Assembly (NCBI RefSeq): GCF_028641065.1 | Contig: NC_073420.1 | Span: forward strand, 1,612,001 to 1,676,000 | DNA: 64,000 nt | Source of the DNA: Leucoraja erinacea | Lineage: Eukaryota | Reading direction: 5' to 3' | Shown here: positions 51,951 through 63,647 of the stretch, in pieces | Numbering within the stretch: the first letter of the stretch is position 1 | Layout: each line of letters opens with the position of its first letter | The notes under the pieces: model-generated | The model's database searches: none | What the model saw: only the letters and a program-made list of their open reading frames with translations | Told to the model about the DNA's origin: nothing | Program-made: the position numbers and the translations under genes

Positions 51951-54553
51951 TTGCCTCGCCCGGCCTGGGGCTACTTTTTCGGGGGGGGGGGGGATTTCAA
52001 GCTCACTCTCGGAGTTTTGTCCGGATTGAAGGAGGTGCTGGACAAGCAGTTGCTGGAAAATTGTTGTTGGACCTGTACCGAGTTCATCAGTGATAGGAGC
52101 AGAATTAACTCCCGTTCCATGTGGTACGCCCCTTGGGAGAGATTACTGCTAGGGGGTGAGTGGCACTGTGTGGCGGTGAGCCCTTTATCTCAGATCCAGG
52201 CACCGTTGGAGAATGGGGGGGCAGACAAAAATACTGGAGAAACTCAGCGGGTGAGGCACCATCTATCGAGCGAAGGAATAGGTGACGTTCCGGGTCGAGA
52301 CCCTTCTTCATTCTCATGTTTGGACACACTGACTGCATCAACTATCCTCCCTTTCTGCCCTTCCCTGGAGATACATCGACAATAGGTGCAGGAGTAGGCC
52401 ATTCGGCCCTTCGAGCCAGCACCGCCATTCAATGTGATCATGGCTGATCATCCTCAATCAGTACCCCGTTCCTGCCTTCTCCCCATATTCCTTGATTCCA
52501 CTAGCCCTAAGAGCTCTATCCAACTCTCTTGAAAACATCCAGTGAATCGGCCTCCACTGCCTTCTGTGGCAGGGAATTCAACAGATTCATAACTGAAAAC
52601 GTTTTTCCTCCTCTCAGTCCTAAATGCGCTACCCCTTAGAGGAAGGGTCTCGACCCGAAACGTCACCTATTCCTTCGCTCCATTGATGCTGCCTCACCCG
52701 CTGAGTTTCTCCAGCATTTTTGTCTACCTTCGATTTTTCCAGCATCTGCAGTTCTTTCTTAAACACTGGACAATTGGGGAAGTGTAACGGGTTGGAAATG
52801 CACAGTTTCTGAGTTTAATAAAGATTCGTGCTGAGACCAATTGAAAAGTAGTGGCCGTCTGGTGGAGTTGCTGCCTCAGCTCCAGAGACCTGGGTTTGAT
52901 CCCGAGTCCAGGCGCTGTCTGTGTGGAGTTTGTACCATCTTCACTGTGACTGCGTGGGTTTTCTCCGGGTGCTCCGGTTTCCCCCCACACTCCAATGACG
53001 TACAGGTTTGTCGGCTCGTTGGCCAAGTAAAGTTGTAAATTGTCCCCGGGTGCGTTTAGGATCGCGTTAGTGTGCGGGGATCTATGGTCGGTGGGGGTGG
53101 AGGGGCTGTTCCCGCGCCGTATCTCTAAACTAAACGCAGTCCCAGAGTCTGTATTGGATTATCCGTTTTGCCGGACCACCAGGAGTGGGCTGAGGGTGCC
53201 GAGATACCGGATGGCAAAGTCGGCTCTGTGAACGGATCTGCTGGCTCCGGGCGAGGCCGGAGTTCTCGAGCACTGGCTGCAGTGCGGGGGGGGGCCAATT
53301 CGATCAGCCGCGGAAGTCCCGATGAGGTCGAGATCTCCGCCATGGCTGATCTATCTCTCACTCCTACCCCATTCTCCGCATAACTCATGCCCGTACTAAA
53401 TCAAGAATCTTATCTCTCTCTGCCTTAAAGGGCGTGCTGGAGGGCATAGTGTTAAGATGAGAGGCAAAATTTAAAGGAGATGTGCGGGGCAGGTTTTGTT
53501 CTGCACAGAGGTCAGCGAGTGCGTAAATCAACTCGCTGCCAGGGGTGGAGGCAAATACGATGGTTTCATTTTAGAGACATTTGCATAGGCACGTGGATAT
53601 GGATCACGTGCAGGAACATAAGAGTTAGCCTTGGCATCGTGCCCGGCACAGACATTTTGGGCAGAAGGGCCTGTTCTCGTGCTATACTGTTCTATATGTG
53701 TTCCAACCCTAAGGTGGCAGAGAACTTGAAGCCGTGTCTGTGAGAAATAGCGGGCGGCACGGTGGCACAGCGGTAGAGTTGTTGCCTTGCAGCGTTCACA
53801 GTGCCAGAGATCCGGGGCCCATCCCAGCTACGGAGTTTTGTACGTGTTTCAGAAGGGACTTCAGATGCTGGAAAATCGAAGGTACAAAAAAATGCTGGAG
53901 AAACTCAGCGGGTGCGGCAGCATCTATGGAGCAAAGGAAATAGGCAACGTTTCGGGCCGAAACCCTTCTTCAGACGGAGTTTGTACGTTCTGCCCGTGAC
54001 CTGCGAGGGTTTTTCCCAAAATCTCCAGTTTCCTCCCACACTACAAAGAAGTACAGGATTGTAGTTTGATAGGCTTGGATTAAATGTAAAATTGTCCCTG
54101 GTGTGTGTTGGATGGTGTTAGTGTGCGGGGGATCGCTGGTCGGCACGGACTCGATGGGCCCAAGGGCCCTGTTTCTGCGCTGTACCTCTAAACTCAAGGA
54201 TGCTGGGTTTACAACTCAGCTCAGGTTGTTATTTCTGCGATAGGTGTTCGTACCAACTCATTTTCAGAAAGTCACTGCGACTTATTGTTTACTTGGATCA
54301 AATTACAGGTGTGGCTTGCCACGCTGAACATATTAATCGGGAGCCCCGATTAGCACAAACACACACAATGAGTCTTATTGTTGACACGGTGGGCGCCCTG
54401 TCCGAACAGCTCGAGAATCCGGCGGAAAAAATAAGCAGTCCTTTCCTCATCGTTTTGCCCCAGGAGAGAGCGGGATTTCACCAAAGTCTTCACCGTTTGC
54501 CGTCTGCACTGTGGCAAGGTCGATCAAGGTTCACCGCTCTTCCGGCTGTGTTC

Positions 54554-54618
54554 TCATTCCTTCGGCCGTGATTTATTGACAGGATCTACCAATACCACCA
54601 GGCCAAACGACAGCAGCC
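54554..54618 (-). CDS. DMAC1: DMAC1 (TMEM261) exon 2
   Basis: CTCTTGTGGCAG acceptor, phase 1; GLLSFGLVVLVDPVNKSRPKE-TGA resembles the human WGIVVMADP end. Confidence 0.82.
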
Positions 54619-55424
54619 CTGCCACAAGAGAGGGAAGAGAATTTGTGAGAGGAAAAATGACTGCATCGATATTTAGAGTATTATCATGTCATTAGATTGA
54701 TACAGGGTGGAAACTTGTCCAGTGGCCCACACCGGCCAAAATGTCCCCATCTACATTAGTCCCACCTGCCTGCGTTGGGTCCATATCCCTCCAAACCTGT
54801 CCTATGCATGTACCTGTCTAACTGTTTCTTAAACAGTTGGATAGTCCCAGCCTCAACTACCTCCTCCGACAGCTCGTTCCATACACCCACCACCCTTTGT
54901 GTGAAAAGGTTACCCCTAAGATTCCTATTAAATCTTTTCCCTATGTCGTCTGGTGCTCGATTCCCCTACTCTGGGCAAGAGTGTGTGTGTCTACCCGATC
55001 TATTCCTCTCATGGTTTTGTACACCTCTATAAGTTCACTCACTCACTCTCACTCACACTAACACACACCCTCACTAACACTAACACTCACACCCACACAC
55101 TCACACTCACCCACACTCACACTCACGTAAATATGTAATATGTAAAATAATATGTGATTGTGTTTGTAGTTTGTTTGGTTGTTTGTTTATTTGTCTTTTT
55201 GCACAATTCGCGAGCATCGCCACTTTTCATTTCACTGCACATCTCGTATGAGTATGACCCACACTCACCCACACTAACACTAACCCACACTCACACCCAC
55301 ACCAACACACATACACCCACACACTCACACCAACACACATACCCACACTACACACACACACACCCACCCACACATTAACACACACAAACACACCCCCACA
55401 CACCCACACACTAACACACACTCA

Positions 55425-56155
55425 NNNNNNNNNNNNNNNNNNNNNNNNNNNNNNNNNNNNNNNNNNNNNNNNNNNNNNNNNNNNNNNNNNNNNNNNNNNN
55501 NNNNNNNNNNNNNNNNNNNNNNNNNNNNNNNNNNNNNNNNNNNNNNNNNNNNNNNNNNNNNNNNNNNNNNNNNNNNNNNNNNNNNNNNNNNNNNNNNNNN
55601 NNNNNNNNNNNNNNNNNNNNNNNNNNNNNNNNNNNNNNNNNNNNNNNNNNNNNNNNNNNNNNNNNNNNNNNNNNNNNNNNNNNNNNNNNNNNNNNNNNNN
55701 NNNNNNNNNNNNNNNNNNNNNNNNNNNNNNNNNNNNNNNNNNNNNNNNNNNNNNNNNNNNNNNNNNNNNNNNNNNNNNNNNNNNNNNNNNNNNNNNNNNN
55801 NNNNNNNNNNNNNNNNNNNNNNNNNNNNNNNNNNNNNNNNNNNNNNNNNNNNNNNNNNNNNNNNNNNNNNNNNNNNNNNNNNNNNNNNNNNNNNNNNNNN
55901 NNNNNNNNNNNNNNNNNNNNNNNNNNNNNNNNNNNNNNNNNNNNNNNNNNNNNNNNNNNNNNNNNNNNNNNNNNNNNNNNNNNNNNNNNNNNNNNNNNNN
56001 NNNNNNNNNNNNNNNNNNNNNNNNNNNNNNNNNNNNNNNNNNNNNNNNNNNNNNNNNNNNNNNNNNNNNNNNNNNNNNNNNNNNNNNNNNNNNNNNNNNN
56101 NNNNNNNNNNNNNNNNNNNNNNNNNNNNNNNNNNNNNNNNNNNNNNNNNNNNNNN
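55425..56155. other. Assembly gap inside a CA-rich repeat in the DMAC1 intron
   Basis: Run of N flanked by CA-rich microsatellite. Confidence 0.99.
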
Positions 56156-56226
56156 CACACCCTCACACACTAACACACCCTCACACACTAACCCACACCC
56201 ACACATAGACACCCACACCCACTGAC

Positions 56227-56434
56227 CCAGGGCGAACACCATCTGCCCCACGGTTCCCATCCCGGGCGGGGAATGGCGCTGCGTTGCCCCGCGGGCCGAG
56301 GCGTAGATCCAGGCCGCCGCCGCCATCAGGCCGCCCCCGCACACCACCCGGCAGCCCCAGCATTCCCGCAGCATCTGCCGCCGCCGCCCGCCCGGCCGTG
56401 GGGCGGGGAGAGGAGGGGGAGCAGGAGCCGCCAT
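56227..56434 (-). CDS. DMAC1: DMAC1 (complex I distal membrane-arm assembly factor) exon 1
   Basis: MAAPAPP..ECWGCRVVCGGGLMAAAAWIYASAR..PPGMGTVGQMVFAL; CWxCR motif; donor G|GTCAGT, phase 1. Total 90 aa. Confidence 0.85.
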
Positions 56435-56869
56435 CAACCCTCCCTCGGCCTCGGCCTCGACCCGGACCCTGCGGACGCGACGCGACGGACCGCCGCCACC
56501 CAGAGTGTGCCCCGTCCTAAACCTTCCCCTGGACCCCCGGCCGCCGCGCCATCGTTCCCCCGGCCGCACCACATGGAACTGAACCATCAATCACCGACCC
56601 TGACTTCAAACTTCATTTCATTCTATTTGAAATATCATTTTATATTTTATTTTAATATTATTAATAATAATAACATATTTTTAACATTGATATTTTTATT
56701 ATAATATGTAATATAATATAACATAATATACTAAAATATAAATATATATACATACATATATTAAATTTTTATTGTGTTTTTGTGTGTGTTCTTATAATTG
56801 TACCACTGCTGACATATTCATTTCACTTGCACTTATGTGCAATGTGACAAATAAACTGTATTGTATTGG

Positions 56870-57390
56870 ATTGTTCATCTTGTCCGGGAACATTACCAAC
56901 TGGTTTGGGAATTGCTCTGCCAAGGACAAGAAGGCTCTGCAGAGAGTAGTGCGTTCAACCGAACGCACTATGGGGACTTCACTCACCCCCCTGCAGGAAC
57001 TATACAACAGGAGGTGCAACTCCAGAGCAAACAAAATCATGGGAGACCCCTTCCACCCCTGCAACGGACTGTTCCAGCTGCTACGGTCAGGCAAACGCCT
57101 CCGTTGCCATGCGGTGAGAACGGAGAGGTTGAGAAGGAGTTTCTTCCCAGAGGCAATTCGGTCTGTAAACGCCTATCTCACCAGGGACTAACTCTACAGA
57201 ACGTTTTTCCTTCCATTATTTATTATGAATAAGAACATGTGTGTTATGATTGTGTTTATAATTTGTTTGGTTGTTTTGTTGTTTGTCTTTTTGCACAAAA
57301 GTCCGCGAGCATTGCCACTTTCATTTCACTGCACATCTCGTATGTGTATGTGACAAATAAACTTGACTTGACTTGACTTGACTTGACTTA
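56870..57390 (+). mobile_element. Rex1/Babar-type LINE 3' end
   Basis: ILSGNITNWFGNCSAKDKKALQRVVR..RRSFFPEAIR; (CTTGA)n tail. Confidence 0.82.
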
Positions 57391-57669
57391 ATGTGTATTA
57401 ATCTATTGTTTAAGCAACTGATCCACAATTCTGTCCCTCACCATCTTCCAGTCCCACCTCAAGACCCATCTCTTCACCTCTGCCTATCCTTAGCCCCACG
57501 TCCCCCCTCCCTTTTCATCTGTGCATTAATTGCCTCATATTGTGTTTTGTATTGAATTCTGTCTTTACTTTGTGTACTAGTCATGTCTCTACTATTTATT
57601 TCATTCCCCTTACATGTTTTTCCTCTACCTGCTAAATTTTTGTAAGGTGTCCTTGATCCTTGAGAAAAT

Positions 57670-58380
57670 TTATTATTATTATTATTATTATTGTTAATAT
57701 AATATATTAATAATATATATCTTAAGATATAATATTTATATCATATATTATATCTATAATTTATATCTAATTTATATTATATATATATTATATCTATCAT
57801 TATCATAATTTAATATTATATTTCTTATATCATATTATAGATCTTATAATATTATATGATATTAACAATAGATTAATAACACATTGATAGTAAAAACATT
57901 GGTATTAATATGATTATTAATATATTGTTAAAACATACTAATATTTATTAATCTATTATTAACATATAATATATCACATAATATTAATATTATAGTTTGT
58001 TATATTATATTAACAATATATTAAAATATGTTAAAACATACTAATATTTATTAATCTATTGTTAACATATAATATATCACATAATATTAATATTATAGTA
58101 TGTTATATTATATTAACAATATATTAAAATATGTTAAAACATACTAATATTTATTAATCTATTGTTAATATATAATATATCATATAATATTAATATTATA
58201 GTGTTATATTATATTAACAATATATTAATAAACATATTAATACTGTTTTAATATAAATGTGTTTATTAATCTATTGTTAATATAATATATTGAAAATATG
58301 AAATCTTAAACCTTGAATACAATTATTTATATATTATCTTATATATTAGTAGTAAAAATAGTAAAACAAATATTATAAAA
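57670..58380. repeat. Extremely AT-rich tract containing a 103-bp tandem repeat
   Basis: TTAAAACATACTAATATTTATTAATCT recurs at about 57928, 58031 and 58134. Confidence 0.85.
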
Positions 58381-58649
58381 CAAACAAATGCCTCAAAACT
58401 GATTGGCCGGCAATTCTTTCTACAGCAAGACAATGAATAAAAGCAACAAAGGAGTTTTTCAAAGCTAAAAAATGGTCAGTTCAGATTCAGATTCAGATTC
58501 AGATTCAATTTTAATTGTCATTGTCAGTGTACAGTACAGAGACAACGAAATGCATTTAGCATCTCCCTTGAAGAGCGACATAGCAAACGATTTGAATAAA
58601 TAATAATAAGTGTCCGGGGGGGGGGGGTGGTGATTGGCAGTCACCGAGG

Positions 58650-59518
58650 TACAGTTCTTGAGTGGCCAAGTCAATCACCCGGTCTGAACCCAATTGAGCA
58701 TGTATTTTATATGCTGAAGGGAAAACTAAAGGGGACTAGCCCCCAAAACAAGCATAAGCTAAAGATGGCTGCAATACAGGGCTGGCAGAGCATCACAGAG
58801 AAGACACCCAGTAACTGGTGAAGTCCATGAATCGCAGACTTCAAGCAGTCAAAGGAGCTGGCTGAACTTTGTGCCTCCCACCACAGTGAAGAATACTGTG
58901 TTCAATTGAATTGAATTGAATTGAATACCTTTATTGTCATTCAGACCTTACGGTCTGAACGAAATTTCGTGCCTGCAGTCATACATACAATCATACAATA
59001 ATAAACAACAATAAACACAAATTAACACCACCACAGTGGGTCCTCCAAGCACCTCCTCACTGTGGTGGAGGCAAAATCTGTGGTGGATGTTTGTGTTAAA
59101 TCTTATTGTGCATTGCGTGTTCTTTTTAAGTGTACCGCTGCTGGCAAATTCATATCACTGCACCTTTGAGTGTATGTGACGAATAACATTGACTTTGAGT
59201 TTGCGAAGGATATGCAACAAAATACTAAACAAGCAGTGATTGCATGCAAAGGATATGCAACAAAATACTAAACGTGACTACTTTCATTTACATGACATTG
59301 CTGTGTCCCAAACATGATGGTGCCCTGAAATGGGGGGACTATGTATAAACACTGCTGTAATTTCTACACGGTGAAACCAAAATGTGTAAAAATGGCCTTT
59401 ATTAAAATCTGACAATGTGCATTTAACCACATGTGATTTTTTTTCTATTACAAATCTCAAATTGTGTAGTACAGAGGCAAATGATGGATCTTTGTCCCAA
59501 ACATTATGGAGGGCACTG
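58650..59518 (+). mobile_element. Tc1/mariner relic, same family as 12250-12690, interrupted by other repeats
   Basis: VLEWPSQSPGLNPIEH (the SPDLNPIE motif with D changed to G); IR/DR end TGTCCCAAACAT..GGCACTG. Confidence 0.8.
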
Positions 59519-59559
59519 GAGTTGGGGGGGGGGGGGGGGGGGGGGAGGGGGGGGGGGAG

Positions 59560-60293
59560 GGGGAGGGTGGGGCCGTTAACTGATGACGTTTTTTGAACGG
59601 CGGTCCCGCCCTCCTCGCGCTGATTGGAGGTGACGATCTGTGATTGGTCAGGGCGGGTGTCCGTCAGCGGGATCGGCGCCTGATTGATGGGAGACGGGAG
59701 GAGGCGGGACGTCTGGTCAGAATTCCGCCGCTGGTTGGCTGAGAGCGGGCGGGTGGGCGGGTCAGGTCGGGTGTCGGGATCCCGCCCCATTGGCTGCAGC
59801 TGCTATCAACGTGACGTTGATAGGAGCTGATTGGCCGGTGGGCGGGACCTCACCCCATCCCAGCTGTAAACGGGATTGGCCAAGTCCGCCAGAAGGGGCG
59901 GGACAAGCGGGGCCTCGTTACCCCATTGGTTAAGCCTGCTGTCAGCGTGACGGGCGAGGAGCCGATTGGCTTAGATAGCGATTGGTAGGCGGGACCAATC
60001 ACCCCCCCCGATCTAACCACCCATTGGGCGAGGCCGCTGTCAGCGAGACGGAGGAAGAGCTGATTGGCTGAAACCGCGGGAGAGGGCGGGACATAAGGCG
60101 GGATCTCATCGCGCCATTGGCCGAGGCCGCTGTCAGCGTGACGGGCGAGGAGCCGATTGGCTGAGCCCGCAGTAGAGGGCGGGACTTTCCTTCGTCCCCG
60201 CTGCCCCCGCCCCCGGGGACCAACGGATGAATGAAGCGGCGAGTCGACGGTGAGGAGCAAAGATCCTATAGTGGAGCATCTTTGGTGAGGAGG
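59560..60293 (+). promoter_or_regulatory. DPP3: CCAAT-box-rich CpG promoter and non-coding exon 1 of DPP3
   Basis: About 13 ATTGG/CCAAT boxes interspersed with GGCGGG; donor AGG|GTAAGC at 60294. Confidence 0.72.
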
Positions 60294-60369
60294 GTAAGCG
60301 TGGCGGTCCGGTCCGGTCCTTCCCCTCCCTCGCCAGGCTGCAGCCCGCGGCCCCGGGCCCCTTCTCCCC

Positions 60370-61365
60370 GGTCTCTGGGTTAATGCAATACCCGGGTTAA
60401 TGCTGGCCCCGGCCTCTGGGTTAATGCTGGCCCCGGCCTCTGGGTTAATGCTGGCCCCGGCCTCTGGATTCAAGGTGGCCCCGGCCTCTGGGTTAATGCT
60501 GGCCCCGGGTTAATGCTGGCCCCGGCCTCTGGGTTAATGCTGGCCCCGGGTTAATGCTGGCCCCGGCCTCTGGGTTAATGCAATACCCGGGTTAATGCTG
60601 GCCCCGGCCTCTGGATTCATGCTGGCCCCGGCCTGTGCATTCCCGCTGGCCTCTGGATGCATGCGGGCCCCGGGTTAATGCTGGCCCCGGCCTCTGGATT
60701 TATGCTGGCCCCGGGTTAATGCTGGCCCCGGCCTCTGGATTCATGCTGGCCCCGGCCTCTGGGTTAATGCTGGCCCCGGCCTCTGGATTCATGCTGGCCC
60801 CGGCCTCTGGGTTAATGCTGGCCCCGGGTTAATGCTGGCCCCGACCTCTGGGTTCATGCTGGCCCCGGCCTCTGGATTCATGCTGGCCCCGGGTTAATGC
60901 TGGCCCCGGCCTCTGGATTCAAGGTGGCCCCCGGCCTCTGGGTTAATGCTGGCCCCGGCCTCTGGGTTAATGCTGGCCCCGGCCTATGGGTTCAAGGTGG
61001 CCCCGGCCTCTGGATTTATGCTGGCCCCGGCCTCTGGATTCATGCTGGCCCCGGGTTAATGCTGGCCCCCCGGCCTCTGGATTCAAGGTGGCCCCGGCCT
61101 CTGGATTTATGCTGGCCCCGGGTTAATGCTGGCCCCGGCCTCTGGATTCAAGGTGGCCCCGGCCTCTGGATTCATGCTACCCGGGTTAATGCTGGCCCCG
61201 GCCTCTGGATTCAAGGTGGCCCCGGCCTCTGGATACATGCTGGCCCCGGGTTAATGCTGGCCCCGGCCTCTGGGTTCATGCTGGCCCCGGCCTCTGGATT
61301 CATGCTGGCCTCTGGATTCATGCTGGCCCCGGGTTAATGCTGGCCCCGGCCTCTGGTTTAATGCT
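60370..61365. repeat. GC-rich minisatellite (24-bp unit GCTGGCCCCGGCCTCTGGGTTAAT, with 17-bp and substitution variants) in DPP3 intron 1
   Basis: About 40 visible units, followed by a CT-rich tract at 61370-61720. Confidence 0.93.
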
Positions 61366-63377
61366 GGTTTCTTGGTCCTTCTATCTATCTATCTCCTCTC
61401 TCCTACTCTCTCTCTTTCTTCTCTATCTCCTCTCTTTTCCCTTCTATCTATCTCTCCTCTTTCTATCTCTTTTTCTTCTATCTCTCTCCTCTCTTTTATT
61501 TCCTTCTATCTATCTCCTTTTCTTCTTCTATCTATCCCTCTCTTCCTCTTCTTCTATCTATCTCTCTCTTTTCTTCTATCTCTCTCCTCTTCTATCAATC
61601 TATCTCTCCTCTCTCTCTTTTCTATCTATCTCCTCTCTCTCTCTTTTACTTCTTCTATCTCTCTCTCTCTCTTTTCTTCTTTCTATCCCTCTTTCTCTCT
61701 CTCTATATCTTTCTCCTCTGGGTTCATGCTGGCCCCGGGCACCTGGGTTAATGTAGGGCAGAGTCTGGGCTCTTGTTAACAGCCATGGACATGTGCATTC
61801 AACTACAAATGCAAGCGCCTGTGATTTTGGAGGGAGGTTGTTAATGGTGGTCCCTTTAAGAAATGGCAAGATCCCATTGTATTCGAGGGTCTCTCGTTGC
61901 ACCTCTTTGATGTTACAGACTGGCATCTCGTCAATGCTAGGCTGGGCATCTTGTTAATACTGGACTGAGTCTTGGCTCTTGTTAACAGCAATAGAAAAGT
62001 GCATTAAGCTGCAAAAGCAAGTCTGTGCTATTGGTATCAGAACCCTGTAATGGTGGTCCCGTTGAGGGTTGGCCATATCCCATTGCTTCATAACAAGAGG
62101 AGTTGAGTATAGGTCCTTCTGCAGTTGTGCAGGGCCCCAGTGAGACCACACCTGGAGTATTGTATGCAGTTTTGGTCCCCTAATTTGAGGAAGGACCTTC
62201 TTGCTATTGAGGGAGTGCAGCGTAGGTTTACAAGGTTAATTCCCGGGTAGGCGGGACTGTCATATGCTGAGAGAATGGAGTGGCTGGGCTTGTATACTCT
62301 GGAGTTTAGAAGGATGATGGGGTATCTTATTGAAACATATAAGATTATTAAGGGTTTGGACACACTAGAGGCAGGAAACATGTTCCCGATGTGGGGGGAG
62401 TCCAGAACCTGGGGCCACAGTTTAAGAATAAGGGGTAAGCCATTTAGAGCGGAGATGAGGAAACACTTGTGAGTCTGGAATTGTCTGCTTCAGAGGGCGG
62501 TGGAGGCCGGCTCTCTGGATACCTTCAAGAGAGAGCTAGATAGGGCTCTTAAATATAGCAGAGTCAGGGAATATGGGGTAAAGGCAGGAACAGGGTACTG
62601 TTTGGGGATGATCAGCCATGATCACTTTGAATGGCGGTGCTGGCTCGAAGGGCCGAATGGCCTACTCCTGCACCTATTGTCACCTCTTTAATGTTGGGCA
62701 GGGTGCAGACTGGTATCTGGGTTGTTGTTGGGCTGAGTACATTCAAGTGCTAATGGAAGTCCCTGTGCTGTGTGAGGGAGGTATCAGGGCCCTCTATCTG
62801 TTAGAGGGATTACCTGCACCTCTAATGTTGGTGAGGATGCAGACTAGCATCTGGGCCCTTGTTAACAACAGTGGATAATTGCATTAAACTGCAGATGCAA
62901 GTTCCTTCATTGCTGGAGGAAGGTATCGGGACTGCTAAAATGGTGGTCCCATTAAAGTTTTTACTAGCTCCTATAATGTTGGAGGGATTACTGGCACCTC
63001 TTTACCAGCTGTGTAGGAAGGAACTGCAGATGCTGGTTTAAACCAAAGGTAAACACAAAAAGCAGGAGTGAAGAAGGGTCTCGACCAGAAACGTCACCCA
63101 TTCCTTCTCTCCAGAGGTGCTGCCTGTTACTCCAGCGTTTTGTGACTATCCTTGGTTCAAAGCAGCATCTGCAGTCCATGTGGCCCTTGTAGCTAAAGGG
63201 ATCAGGGGGTATGGAGAGAAGGCAGGTACGGGATACTGAGTTGGATGATCAGCCATTATCATATTGAATGGCGGTGCAGGCTCGAAGGGCCGAATGGCCA
63301 ACTCCTGCACCTATTTTCTATGTATCTATTTTGTTTCCTCTTGCTCTTGCAGGTTTGACTTCGTAGGACGAGACAAG

Positions 63378-63647
63378 ATGGTGGACTCCCAGTACCTTTT
63401 GCCCAATGACATTGGCATCTCGCTGCTGGACTGCAAAGATGCCTTCCAGCTGCTGTCGAAGGAGGAGAAGCTGTACGCCCATTATATCTCGCGCGCCTCG
63501 TGGTACGGAGGGCTGGTTGTGCTGCTGCAGACCTCCCCGGAGTCCCCCGCCATCTACGTCCTGTTACAGAAGCTGTTCCGGGCCCAGCCCCTCCCTCAGC
63601 TGCAGGAAAAGGCCACAGCGGTGGGCATGACCTGCGAAGAATACCAG
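63378..63647 (+). CDS. DPP3: Dipeptidyl peptidase 3, first coding exon; the gene continues beyond the window
   Basis: Acceptor at 63351-63352; MVDSQYLLPNDIGISLLDCKDAFQLLSKEEKLYAHYISRASWYGGLVVLLQTSPESPAIYVLLQKLFRAQ..EEYQ|GTAACC; 90 codons. Confidence 0.95.

Noticed and set aside
55325-56590. 421-aa ORF in the track
   Set aside because: Read-through of N bases; only 56227-56434 is supported as DMAC1 exon 1.
60370-61365. Regular short repeats resembling a CRISPR array, and repetitive ORFs such as MLAPASG..
   Set aside because: Units are contiguous with no unique spacers and no cas genes, in a eukaryotic intron; this is a minisatellite.
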